IMG/VR virus record: IMGVR_UViG_3300045806_000017 | Span: 7,975-71,974 of that record | Length of the DNA stretch: 64,000 nucleotides | Reading direction: 5' to 3' (one strand) | Origin: a virus | Shown here: positions 39,302-48,659 of the stretch, in pieces | Numbering within the stretch: position 1 is the first letter of the stretch | How the letters are laid out: the number at the start of each line of letters is the position of its first letter | Made by a program: the position numbers and the translations under genes | The notes under the pieces: model-generated | What the model saw: only the letters and a program-made list of their open reading frames with translations | Databases searched by the model: none | What the model was told of the DNA's origin: nothing

Positions 39302-39688
39302 GTGAATACTATGTGCGAACAACTTTCAACATTAAGCCAAGAACAAATGGTTATAATATACCTCCTTGGATTCAAAACAGGTTCACAAGTATTAGGTGAA
39401 GCTACAGAAGATAGTGATCATGATTATGTAATGCTTCAAAGTGATTATGATACTAACTTCAACTTTCCTTATTCTAAGTATGGAGATGTGTTTGGTACAT
39501 CAAGTGTTAAACAATGGTTTAACGGTGATTGTATTAATATACTCATTGCTGAAACACAGACACATTTTAATGCGTGGGTATATGCTACAGAAACATACCA
39601 AACACTTATTTCTAAACCAGTAAACAAAGAACTCAGAGTTAAACTGTTCTCAGCTTTAAGAGAGGTATATTTACTATGCAATTCGTAA
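39302..39688 (+). CDS. Pol-beta-superfamily nucleotidyltransferase-like protein
   Basis: TGSQVLG...DSDHDY (GS...DxD motif). Confidence 0.65.
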   Translation: MNTMCEQLSTLSQEQMVIIYLLGFKTGSQVLGEATEDSDHDYVMLQSDYDTNFNFPYSKYGDVFGTSSVKQWFNGDCINILIAETQTHFNAWVYATETYQTLISKPVNKELRVKLFSALREVYLLCNS

Positions 39689-40680
39689 AACCAATAGACT
39701 ATTTGCGTACAGACATTGCCAGTCAATTTGGCTTAGATAAATTGACTTGGTATGAGAGAATAGAGTTTGTACATGACAACGAGAATGTATTAGAAGATGG
39801 TATTGGTTTAGCTAAAAAACCTCTTCTTTATATTAAAGCTGTAAATGCTTACAGAGAAGTACAAGCAGGTAAACCAACTAACTTTATAATGGGTTTAGAT
39901 GCTAGTTCATCGTGTGTACAAATCATGGGATTATTAATAGGATGTGAAAAATCTTTGATTCAAACTAATATGATTGATACTGGTAAAGTTCAGGATGTAT
40001 ATTCAAACACTACAAAGGAAATGAATGTACATCTTAATAATGAAATACAGGTAGAAAGGGATAGAGTTAAATTAGCGTTGATGACTTCGCTATATGGCTC
40101 TAAAATGAATCCAATAATGCTCTTTGGTGAGAGCACACCTGAATTAACTCAATTCTATGCAGCTAGAGAAACACTTATTCCTGGTTGTATGGAAGTCATG
40201 GAGGACTTGTTGAGTGCTTGGAATCCGCATACTATAAGCTATCAGTGGACATTACCCGATCAGCATGTAGCAAGAGTAATGGTTACAGGTCCAGAAAATA
40301 CATCTCTTAGAATTAGAGATATTCATGGTACTAAATCTAGTTTTACTTACGAGTATAAGAAGATAAATGTAACATCGGCTTACTCAACTCCTATATGTGC
40401 TAATGTCATTCAAAGTTTGGATGCTTACTTATGTAGAGAGTTAATTAGAAGATGTTATAAATCTGGATTCAACATCCTTACAGTTCATGATTGCTTTTTC
40501 TGTAATCCAAACCATGTACATCAAATGAGGCAACATTACTTAGACATTTGTATTGAGTTATATAAGTCTAATTACTTATCTAACATCATCTCAGAACTTC
40601 TAGGTAGAAAAGTAATTTATAGACAATATGACACGACATTAGAAGGTAAAATGAGAGACGCTGAATACTTTATTTCATAG
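39676..40680 (+). CDS. RNA polymerase II subunit 2 (N4 gp16-like)
   Basis: DIASQFGLDK; GLDASSSCVQ (motif A); RDRVKLALMTSLYGS (motif B); ANVIQSLD; TVHDCF (motif C). Confidence 0.93.
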   Translation: MQFVKPIDYLRTDIASQFGLDKLTWYERIEFVHDNENVLEDGIGLAKKPLLYIKAVNAYREVQAGKPTNFIMGLDASSSCVQIMGLLIGCEKSLIQTNMIDTGKVQDVYSNTTKEMNVHLNNEIQVERDRVKLALMTSLYGSKMNPIMLFGESTPELTQFYAARETLIPGCMEVMEDLLSAWNPHTISYQWTLPDQHVARVMVTGPENTSLRIRDIHGTKSSFTYEYKKINVTSAYSTPICANVIQSLDAYLCRELIRRCYKSGFNILTVHDCFFCNPNHVHQMRQHYLDICIELYKSNYLSNIISELLGRKVIYRQYDTTLEGKMRDAEYFIS

Positions 40681-40686
40681 TGAAAT

Positions 40687-40724
40687 AGAACTTCTTACTT
40701 AATTGTAGGAAGTTCTTATTTTTT
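40687..40724 (+). terminator. Intrinsic terminator
   Basis: AGAACTTCTTAC-TTAATT-GTAGGAAGTTCT followed by a T tract. Confidence 0.85.
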
Positions 40725-40790
40725 CTAAACCTAAAGGATATTTCTCCATTTTTACTAAAAATGTACTATAAGATACCTAAAGAATATAGT

Positions 40791-40805
40791 GCGGTGTTCC
40801 ACCGC
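40791..40805. promoter_or_regulatory. Hairpin family, copy 3
   Basis: GCGGTG-TTC-CACCGC. Confidence 0.55.
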
Positions 40806-40841
40806 TATTCACCCATAAACAGCAATAAGGAAAAGTAGCTA

Positions 40842-40870
40842 TTGACAAACTATGAAATAAATAGTAAAAT
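40842..40870 (+). promoter_or_regulatory. Sigma70-type promoter
   Basis: TTGACA-17 nt-TAAAAT. Confidence 0.7.
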
Positions 40871-40968
40871 AAAAAGGTATTTTTTTATTTTACTATATTT
40901 AAATACCTATTCTCAGTACAGTAAGTAATGATGAATACTCCTTAAACAACCTTGAAGGCATCAAGAGA

Positions 40969-41565
40969 ATGTTAATTATGAACCAACCTATCATGCAAAT
41001 TGCATCCTATTTCCGTATCGGAAACATTATCCCAAAAAATGAAGTAACAGCAGTGGTAGGATTACCATCTGTAGGCAAGACACACACAATCATCAAATTC
41101 TTAAACCAAGAGGGAATTACACCTATTGTTATTAACTTAGATGAATCTCCTCATGATTCTTCTTTAAATGTAATTTCACTTCCTGGAAAACAGATACACA
41201 ACTTAGATAAATTTACTGACTTAGAAGATAAAGTAATCATTATAGACACCTATCAGTTAATGATGGATGAATTTGGTTTTGATAACACAGAATCTGAACA
41301 AAAGAAAATATCAAGATTCTTGATTAAGATAGCCCATGAAAAACAAGTAACTATTATTGTCTTGGCTCACACAGAAGATTTTGCTAGTAAAGAAGGGATA
41401 TTTACTGCTAATCCTTTTCTCATAAGAGACTGTGCCGAACAGTTAATTATGCAATCCAAACAAACCACTAAGATAAAAGACAATGAAGTTTCTTACTGTA
41501 CTACTTTAAAGAAAGGTAGAGGTATTGGTGGTACTAAGATATTAGAGAACTGGATGAGAAACTAA
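40969..41565 (+). CDS. P-loop (AAA/RecA-like) ATPase
   Basis: GLPSVGKT Walker A; IIIDT Walker B; IIVLAHT. Confidence 0.8.
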   Translation: MLIMNQPIMQIASYFRIGNIIPKNEVTAVVGLPSVGKTHTIIKFLNQEGITPIVINLDESPHDSSLNVISLPGKQIHNLDKFTDLEDKVIIIDTYQLMMDEFGFDNTESEQKKISRFLIKIAHEKQVTIIVLAHTEDFASKEGIFTANPFLIRDCAEQLIMQSKQTTKIKDNEVSYCTTLKKGRGIGGTKILENWMRN

Positions 41566-41792
41566 TGAAAAATTTATCTTTAGTTCAAGCACTAAACCAA
41601 GTTCGTATTATATTTAGAGTAAATCAAAGACAGGCACATATAGTTTCATTATTAACAGATAAAAAATATATAGATAGAGCTATAGCAATCTCAGTTGATT
41701 CTGACGGTTTTATAGATTCATGGAGTTCAGAAGAATCCTATCAGGTAGGAATTCTTAAATATGTGGAATATGAAGAAGTTTCTATACTTTAA
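41565..41792 (+). CDS. Hypothetical protein
   Basis: Coupled ORF. Confidence 0.5.
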   Translation: MKNLSLVQALNQVRIIFRVNQRQAHIVSLLTDKKYIDRAIAISVDSDGFIDSWSSEESYQVGILKYVEYEEVSIL

Positions 41793-41851
41793 TAAACTGT
41801 CAAAAGTAGAGCTGAACTATCAAGAGATTCAATAATTGAAATATCTTAGTT

Positions 41852-41866
41852 GTGGTGTACCACCAC
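41852..41866. promoter_or_regulatory. Hairpin family, copy 4
   Basis: GTGGTG-TAC-CACCAC. Confidence 0.55.
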
Positions 41867-41965
41867 TTAAACACAAAAATAAATAAAAGAATACACTAAT
41901 GAAATTAAAATCCATGCTTGATAATCTTAATATCTTAGTTAAAGTAGAAAAGGAGTATAAAGAAA

Positions 41966-42148
41966 ATGATAGAACAAGAAGCTAAAGAAACTCCTTTCTA
42001 CTGCTGTGTATGTCTAGGAGATGGTTGGTATTGGGAAGACTATGGTGGTTGTGGTAATCCTGAATGTTGTGGCAGTCCAGTAAAGAAAAAGTGTTATAAC
42101 TGTGAAAATGACTATGAGGAAGATGAAGATGACTGTTCAAGAAGCTAA
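41966..42148 (+). CDS. Small Cys-rich Zn-finger-like protein
   Basis: CCVCLGDG...CGNPECCG...CYNC; AAGGAG RBS. Confidence 0.6.
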   Translation: MIEQEAKETPFYCCVCLGDGWYWEDYGGCGNPECCGSPVKKKCYNCENDYEEDEDDCSRS

Positions 42149-42434
42149 AGAATTAGAGTTGTTTAAAGAATGGTTTTCTTCCGCTTGTTTACTAGATATG
42201 GAAGTATATCTAGCAGCAGAACAAGCTTGGATTGCTCGTAGTAAATTAGTTGAAAAACAAGACATTTCTTCCATTCCAAAAGATAGAAGAATTATTGGAG
42301 TGTATTCTAATCGTCAAATCATTGTTCATTGGAATATAGATGAATACTGTTGGTGTGGTGATCAGTATGGATTATACAAGAATCCTATTGATGAGCCTTT
42401 ATATTGGCAAGAATTGCCTAAGGTAGGTTTATGA
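42102..42434 (+). CDS. Hypothetical protein (DUF551-like C-terminus)
   Basis: ISSIPKD...PLYWQELP. Confidence 0.55.
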   Translation: MKMTMRKMKMTVQEAKELELFKEWFSSACLLDMEVYLAAEQAWIARSKLVEKQDISSIPKDRRIIGVYSNRQIIVHWNIDEYCWCGDQYGLYKNPIDEPLYWQELPKVGL

Positions 42435-42601
42435 AACAAAAGACCTGTAATGCTTGTATATTCTTTAAAACATTAGGTACATCCTACACAAGAAAATGTT
42501 ACCTGTTTGTAAATAATAACTCTTCATGTAGTACAGCATGTAGAGAATTTAAACCAGAAATTAAAAGAGAAAAGCATTTATGTACAAATACCACTCAATA
42601 G
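42431..42601 (+). CDS. Small Cys-rich protein (56 aa)
   Basis: Manually translated MKQKTCNACIFF...CYLF...ACREF; coupled ATGA overlap. Confidence 0.55.
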   Translation: MKQKTCNACIFFKTLGTSYTRKCYLFVNNNSSCSTACREFKPEIKREKHLCTNTTQ

Positions 42602-43509
42602 AACAATTTAGAAACTGTATTAAAGAAATACAAAGATTATGGAAAGACAAACCATTACCTATATTAACCTTTAATGGTAGTGTAAAACTGCATGGAATTA
42701 ATGCTGGTGTAGAGTTACCAGCTAATATTCCTCAATCAAGAAACCAAGTATTAACAGAAGATAATGACTTTTATGGTTTTTATACATTCCATAAAGAAAG
42801 AAAAGAAATATTCCAACAGATATATGATTCTCTTGGTTTAGATTTACCAGTTGTAATTTATGGTGAATGGGCAGGTAAAGGGATACAACAAGGTGTAGCT
42901 ATATCTAAATTAGATAGAGCTTTTTATATATTTGGTATTAAAGTAATTACAGGAGAAGATACTCATTATTGGCTTAAAGAAATTCCTTGGTTTGGTTTAG
43001 CTAACTATAATATTATTGTACTTAGCAAGTTCTATAAAATTGATATTGATTTTAACTATCCTGAATTATCTCAAAATAAACTACAAGAACTCACTCTTCA
43101 AGTAGAACAAGAGTGTCCTATTGCTATGTTATTTGGAGTATCTGGTATTGGTGAAGGTATTGTATGGGAACATATTGATGATGAAGGTCAAATGTTATCC
43201 TTTAAAGTTAAAGGGAAGAAACATTCATCCAGTAAAGTAAAAGTATTAGCTGCTGTAGGTATTGAAAAAGTAAATTCAATTAAAGAATTTGTTAATATTG
43301 TACTTACAGATGCTAGATTAAAACAAGCTTATTTTGAATGTAATGAACCAACAGATATGCAAGGTATAGGCATATTCCTTAAATGGATTAATGCAGATAT
43401 TCTTAAAGAAGAGTCTGATACTTTAGAAGCATCAAAATTAACAATTAAAGATGTTGGTTCAGCTATTTCAAAACAAGCTAAACAATGGTATATAGAGAAA
43501 ATAAAATGA
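42580..43509 (+). CDS. RNA ligase (Rnl2-like)
   Basis: KLHGIN (motif I), YGEW, EGIVW and FKVK nucleotidyltransferase motifs. Confidence 0.85.
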   Translation: MYKYHSIEQFRNCIKEIQRLWKDKPLPILTFNGSVKLHGINAGVELPANIPQSRNQVLTEDNDFYGFYTFHKERKEIFQQIYDSLGLDLPVVIYGEWAGKGIQQGVAISKLDRAFYIFGIKVITGEDTHYWLKEIPWFGLANYNIIVLSKFYKIDIDFNYPELSQNKLQELTLQVEQECPIAMLFGVSGIGEGIVWEHIDDEGQMLSFKVKGKKHSSSKVKVLAAVGIEKVNSIKEFVNIVLTDARLKQAYFECNEPTDMQGIGIFLKWINADILKEESDTLEASKLTIKDVGSAISKQAKQWYIEKIK

Positions 43510-43970
43510 ATGAGATAATTATTGAAATACCTGAAGGCTTTATCATTGATGAAGAGAATTCATCTTTTACTTGTATTAAATTTAGGAAAATTGAAGAGAA
43601 AGAAATTACTTGTTGGGAAGAACTAGATAGTATATCTGGTTACTATATAGCCCCAAATGCTATAATAGGTAGTTGCCAGAAGGTATCCACAATAAAAGAA
43701 AACAAAAACATCTTCACAACCTTGGAACAAGCAGAAGCAAGTATTGCTTTAGCTATGCTTAGTCAGTTAATGAACGAAGTTAATGCTAATTGGAAACCCG
43801 ATTGGATAGATACATCAGATAAATATGTTATAGAGCCTTATAAAAACAGGCTAGATATAGAAACTAGACAATGGGGGAGACGTTTCTTAACTTTCCCAAC
43901 TGCAACAATCCGTGATAAGTTCTTAAAGGATCATAAAGCACTTATTATTCAAGCTTTACCACTTTTATAA
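43485..43970 (+). CDS. Hypothetical protein
   Basis: ORF with a LSQLM...WKPDW pattern. Confidence 0.6.
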   Translation: MVYRENKMNEIIIEIPEGFIIDEENSSFTCIKFRKIEEKEITCWEELDSISGYYIAPNAIIGSCQKVSTIKENKNIFTTLEQAEASIALAMLSQLMNEVNANWKPDWIDTSDKYVIEPYKNRLDIETRQWGRRFLTFPTATIRDKFLKDHKALIIQALPLL

Positions 43971-43979
43971 AGGAATTAT

Positions 43980-45947
43980 ATGAATAATCCGTTACAAGAT
44001 GCTTCTTTTGATATTTGGGATCAAAAATATCGTTTAAAAGATATGCAGGGAAATCCTGTAGATCAAACCATTCAAGATACCTACTGGAGAACTGCTACAT
44101 TCCTTGCTAGAAGAGAAAAAGATTCTGAGTATTGGACTAAAGAATTCTTATGGGCATTAGAGAATGGAGCTATTCCAGCAGGACGTATTATGTCTAACGC
44201 TGGAGCAGAGAAGTACAAACCAGCTACATCATTAATTAATTGTACTGTCAGTCAAGCTATACCTGATTCAGTTGAAGGTATTTTTGGTACACTTGAAAGA
44301 GCGGCTATTACATTAAAAGCTGGTTGTGGTATTGGGTATGAAGGTAGTACCTTAAGACCTAAGAATGCGTATGTAAATGGAGCAGGAGCAAGTACATCAG
44401 GTTCATTACCGTTCTTAGATGTATACGATAAGATGTGTCTTACAATCGCTTCTGCTGGTGGTAGAAGAGGAGCGCAAATGCTTACCTTTGACCTTGAGCA
44501 TCCAGATGTTTTAGAGCTTATTAAAGCAAAAAGAGAAACAGGAAGATTTACTCAATTTAATATTTCATTACTTATTACAGATAGATTTTTAGAATATGTA
44601 AAAAAAGATATACCTTGGGTATTTAGTTTTCCAGTTACAAAAAAGGAATATGATAGTTCCAAAGAGTATTATTGGAGAGAATTTATAGGTGACACCACTA
44701 ATTATGTATTAGAAGCTGGTTTAGTTGCATGTAAAAAATATTCAGAAATGCCAGCTAAAGAGTTATGGGATTTGATTATGGAATCCACTTATAAGTATTC
44801 AGACCCAGGATTCATCTTAATTGATGAATACAATCGTATGAATAATTTGCATTGGTTAGAAGTAATTAGAGCAACCAACCCTTGTGGAGAACAAGGTTTA
44901 CCTCCTAATGGTTCATGTTTACTTGGTTCAATTAACTTAACATCTTTTGTAAAGAATTCTTTTACAGAACAAAGAAGTTTTGATTGGGATACATACAAAA
45001 AAGTAATTAGAGTATTTACTCGAATGTTAGATAATGTAGTTGAAGATGCAAATCTTCCGTTACCTGAACAACAAGCTGAGATTGAAAGAAAAAGAAGACA
45101 TGGTATGGGATACCTTGGTTTAGGTTCTGCTATGGTAATGCTTGGAATTGAGTATGGTTCACAAGAAGCAATAGAATTTACAAAACAAATAACTAAACAT
45201 TTAGCTTTGGAGTCTTGGAAAGAAGGTGTACAACTGTCCGTAGAAAAAGGTTCTGCACCTATATTTAAAGAGCTAGGTGTTCTTAAAAAGTTTGTAGAAT
45301 CTGAGTATATGAAAAGAATTTTCAAAGAATTACCTTATTTAAGAGAAGACTTACTTACTCATGGATGTAGATTTACACATGCTACGTCAATTGCTCCTAC
45401 TGGAACTATATCATTATCATTAGCTAATAACGCTAGTAATGGTATTGAACCTTCATTTGCTCATCATTACACTCGTAATGTTATCAAGCCAGGAAAGGCT
45501 TCTAAAGAGGCTGTAGACGTATATTCGTATGAGTCCTTGGTTTACTTACAGTTATTTGGTAAACCTTATGAAGGTAAGATAGCTAATGACTTTACTCCTA
45601 AACAACACATAGACATTCAAGCAGCAGCACAGTATTGGATTGATTCCTCTATTTCTAAAACTATTAATGTAGCTACAAAAATTCCTTATGAAGAATTTAA
45701 AGATATTTACACTTATGCTATTTCTAAAGGTTTGAAAGGATGTACTACATATAGACACAATCCAGAAGTTAAACAAGGGGTTCTTATTAGTAAAGAAGAA
45801 TTAGCAAACCAAAGATTTTCATTTACATTAGTTGATGGTAATACTTACTCAGTTAAAGGAGATGAATTTATTGAATATGAAGGTGATGTACATAATGCAG
45901 CTAACTTGTATGATGCTATAAATGGAGGTACTTATGGTAAATATTAA
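43980..45947 (+). CDS. nrdJ: Class II (adenosylcobalamin-dependent) ribonucleotide reductase, NrdJa
   Basis: PAGRIMSNAG, INCTV, RRGAQM, TNPCGEQ, SIAPTGTIS and ISKTIN; no nrdB present. Confidence 0.9.
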   Translation: MNNPLQDASFDIWDQKYRLKDMQGNPVDQTIQDTYWRTATFLARREKDSEYWTKEFLWALENGAIPAGRIMSNAGAEKYKPATSLINCTVSQAIPDSVEGIFGTLERAAITLKAGCGIGYEGSTLRPKNAYVNGAGASTSGSLPFLDVYDKMCLTIASAGGRRGAQMLTFDLEHPDVLELIKAKRETGRFTQFNISLLITDRFLEYVKKDIPWVFSFPVTKKEYDSSKEYYWREFIGDTTNYVLEAGLVACKKYSEMPAKELWDLIMESTYKYSDPGFILIDEYNRMNNLHWLEVIRATNPCGEQGLPPNGSCLLGSINLTSFVKNSFTEQRSFDWDTYKKVIRVFTRMLDNVVEDANLPLPEQQAEIERKRRHGMGYLGLGSAMVMLGIEYGSQEAIEFTKQITKHLALESWKEGVQLSVEKGSAPIFKELGVLKKFVESEYMKRIFKELPYLREDLLTHGCRFTHATSIAPTGTISLSLANNASNGIEPSFAHHYTRNVIKPGKASKEAVDVYSYESLVYLQLFGKPYEGKIANDFTPKQHIDIQAAAQYWIDSSISKTINVATKIPYEEFKDIYTYAISKGLKGCTTYRHNPEVKQGVLISKEELANQRFSFTLVDGNTYSVKGDEFIEYEGDVHNAANLYDAINGGTYGKY

Positions 45948-46470
45948 ATTTGATTCTAAGATTGTATCTGTAGCTTTAGGTACAATTACTAAGAAGCAAG
46001 AAGTATTTAAGTGTCCTGATATTCTTCCTGGAAAGAGATATAAGCTTAAATCACCAACAGCAAACCATGCAACGTATGTACTTATATTTGATGTAGAGAA
46101 AAAAGGTAAACTAATTCCCTATGAGATATTTATTACTACCAAAGACCCTGATCATCAAATGTGGGTACAAGCTCTAACAAGAGTTATATCTGCAATCTTT
46201 AGAAGAAGTGAAGATGTTAGTTTTCTTATTGAAGAACTTAAATCTATTTTTGATCCTAAAGGTGGTTACATAAAGAAAGGAGGATCATGGTCTAATTCCC
46301 TTATTGCTGAGATAGGAGAAGCTATAGAACTTCATGTTAATTCACTAAACTTTATAGTAACTGATTTTCCAAAAGATGCTGTTGAATGTAAGAAGTGCTT
46401 TACTAAAGCAGTAGTAATACTTGATGGTTGTAAAACGTGTCTTAATTGTGGTGATAGTAAATGTAATTAA
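45922..46470 (+). CDS. NrdJb (TSCPD-domain) subunit
   Basis: PYEIFI...ALTRVISAIFR...ELKSIFDPKGG; C-terminal CKKC...GCKTCLNCGDSKC. Confidence 0.88.
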   Translation: MEVLMVNIKFDSKIVSVALGTITKKQEVFKCPDILPGKRYKLKSPTANHATYVLIFDVEKKGKLIPYEIFITTKDPDHQMWVQALTRVISAIFRRSEDVSFLIEELKSIFDPKGGYIKKGGSWSNSLIAEIGEAIELHVNSLNFIVTDFPKDAVECKKCFTKAVVILDGCKTCLNCGDSKCN

Positions 46471-46474
46471 TAAT

Positions 46475-46489
46475 GTGGTGTACCTCCAC
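46475..46489. promoter_or_regulatory. Hairpin family, copy 5
   Basis: GTGGTG-TAC-CTCCAC (one mismatch). Confidence 0.5.
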
Positions 46490-46504
46490 TAACATCCAAC
46501 AAAC

Positions 46505-46531
46505 AAAACTCCTATTTATTAGGAGTTTTTT
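46505..46531 (+). terminator. Intrinsic terminator
   Basis: AAAACTCCTA-TTTAT-TAGGAGTTTTTT. Confidence 0.75.
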
Positions 46532-46544
46532 ATGAGAAAAATAT

Positions 46545-47798
46545 ATGCAAAACAAACAATATATAGTCTTTATTAATGATCACTCAGCTAGTATGGCTAA
46601 TCTTAAATCTGCTGCAATTAAAGACTATAACACTAATATTCAAGCAGTAGTAAATGCAGCAAACCAAGAGAAGTTAGATACTATTATATCTGTTATTGCT
46701 TTTGGATTTGACCATAATACTGTAAGAAGAACAGTGGTTAATTCTAACCCTCATGTATTACTTCCTATTATTAAATGGGTAACTCAAGCAAATACCCCTT
46801 TATACGATGCAATTGCTGATGCAATTAAATTGTGTAAATCATTACCTGATGCTGCGGAAGACCATGTATCATTCTTGTTAATGATTACTACAGACGGGCA
46901 TGAAAATAATTCAAGACTGAATACTAAAGACATCTTACAAGAAATACAACGATTAGACAAACGATGGACTATAGTATGTCGTGTACCGCCTAACTCACCT
47001 AACCTATCTCTAATTGGTATTCCAAAAGGTAACATCCAAGAATGGAATATTACATCTGAAGGTATGGCAAAAGCTACACAAGCTAATGAACAAGCTTTAA
47101 CCTCATTCTTTAAACAAAGAATACACGGTATAACAAATTCAAGTTCATTTTACTCTTCTGTAAAAAATGTAAATACAAACCTGTTAGAAGATATTACATC
47201 TAAAGTATCTTTGTATGTTGTACCTGATAAAACCCAGTATGATCGTACAGAGATTATGCCATTCATTCTTGAGCATAGAATGAAGTTTTTTAAAGGAAGT
47301 TCTTTTTATCAGTTAATCAAAACTGAAGCAAGAGTACAACCTAAGAAGTTACTTCTTATTCGTGATAGATCTACAGGTAAAGTATTTGCAGGTGACAGTG
47401 CAAGAGATATGCTTGGTTTATCTAAGATTCAGAATGTAAGATTACATCCTGGTGATCATGGAAACTATGACATCTTCATTCAATCCATGAGTCATAATAG
47501 ATTATTACCTAGAGGTTCAGGTGTATTGTATTGGGAAGAGATTGGTATTGAATTTACTGAAGAAGACTTAACACAATATGAACTAAAGAAAGTAAATGGT
47601 GTAGTTGAGTTACCTGAAGTTAAAGGTAAAACAACTCCTACTAAATCACCTGTACCTGTACAACACAAGGTAAGACAACCTTCTCATGTTTACTTTAAAA
47701 CAAGAGATGAAGCTAGAACTTATGCTAAACAAGAAGACTTATCTATTACAGATATGGGTAAAGGTAATCAACAAGGTAGATGGTGTGTAATCATTTAA
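46545..47798 (+). CDS. von Willebrand A domain protein
   Basis: MIDAS DHSASM, TPLYDAI and ITTDGHENNS. Confidence 0.88.
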   Translation: MQNKQYIVFINDHSASMANLKSAAIKDYNTNIQAVVNAANQEKLDTIISVIAFGFDHNTVRRTVVNSNPHVLLPIIKWVTQANTPLYDAIADAIKLCKSLPDAAEDHVSFLLMITTDGHENNSRLNTKDILQEIQRLDKRWTIVCRVPPNSPNLSLIGIPKGNIQEWNITSEGMAKATQANEQALTSFFKQRIHGITNSSSFYSSVKNVNTNLLEDITSKVSLYVVPDKTQYDRTEIMPFILEHRMKFFKGSSFYQLIKTEARVQPKKLLLIRDRSTGKVFAGDSARDMLGLSKIQNVRLHPGDHGNYDIFIQSMSHNRLLPRGSGVLYWEEIGIEFTEEDLTQYELKKVNGVVELPEVKGKTTPTKSPVPVQHKVRQPSHVYFKTRDEARTYAKQEDLSITDMGKGNQQGRWCVII

Positions 47799-47802
47799 CA
47801 AT

Positions 47803-47817
47803 GTGGCTTGCAGCCAC
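47803..47817. promoter_or_regulatory. Hairpin family, copy 6
   Basis: GTGGCT-TGC-AGCCAC. Confidence 0.55.
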
Positions 47818-48014
47818 TAAAATGCTTTAAAACAATACATTACAATTTATTTCTTAAATGTATTTAAAAGACCTAGTAAGTCTTAAAACTACGCATTATA
47901 CATTTCTACAGCTTCATAAACTGTATCACTTATAAAGAGAATTATTTTGACTAAAGGTGAAATATTTGATTCATACTTAAAAGATGAGAATCCTCTATTA
48001 ATTAAGGAAAAACT

Positions 48015-48395
48015 ATGTTACTAATTATTGATACAAAAAATGCTTCGCATATTGCAATTAATATACCTTCAGATGTAGCTGATAAAGCATTACCTGCTAT
48101 TGTTAATATGTTTGAAAATAATGCTACATTCCTAAATGCTCAATACTCTTCTTTAGAAAATGTTAAACCAAGTATTACAATTTTATTAGGTAATGAGTTT
48201 ACTTATGAAAAAAGCTCTGAATACACATTACTTATTAAAGCTAATGAATTTGTTCTTACAGAAGACTTTTTAGCTGTAGCACCAAAAGCATATTTCTCAG
48301 TAAAACAAACTTTAGATAATAAAGATAAAGAAAATGGAAGATTAAGAAGTAAAATTTCTATTCTTGAAGAAGAATTAGAAAAGCTTAAAACCTAA
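48015..48395 (+). CDS. Hypothetical protein
   Basis: AAGGA RBS; coiled-coil C-terminus. Confidence 0.6.
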   Translation: MLLIIDTKNASHIAINIPSDVADKALPAIVNMFENNATFLNAQYSSLENVKPSITILLGNEFTYEKSSEYTLLIKANEFVLTEDFLAVAPKAYFSVKQTLDNKDKENGRLRSKISILEEELEKLKT

Positions 48396-48416
48396 TTATT
48401 TGCTTGAGTAAAATAA

Positions 48417-48659
48417 ATGAAAGGAATACACCAAATAAAAATTAAAGGTATTTCAGTTGATATTGAAATAACAGATTTCCAACCATTTGTAAAAGGAAAT
48501 ACAGATGCTACATTTGAGTTTAGTTATCCATCTGAACCAATGGGGTTTGAGTGGAGAGCTAGAACAGATAATGAGTTATTAAATCTAATCATAGAAGAAG
48601 ATTTATTTGAGTATGTTGAAGATGAATTAAGGAAACAATTGAATGATAAAAGCATATAA
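48417..48659 (+). CDS. Hypothetical acidic protein
   Basis: ORF in operon. Confidence 0.55.
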   Translation: MKGIHQIKIKGISVDIEITDFQPFVKGNTDATFEFSYPSEPMGFEWRARTDNELLNLIIEEDLFEYVEDELRKQLNDKSI

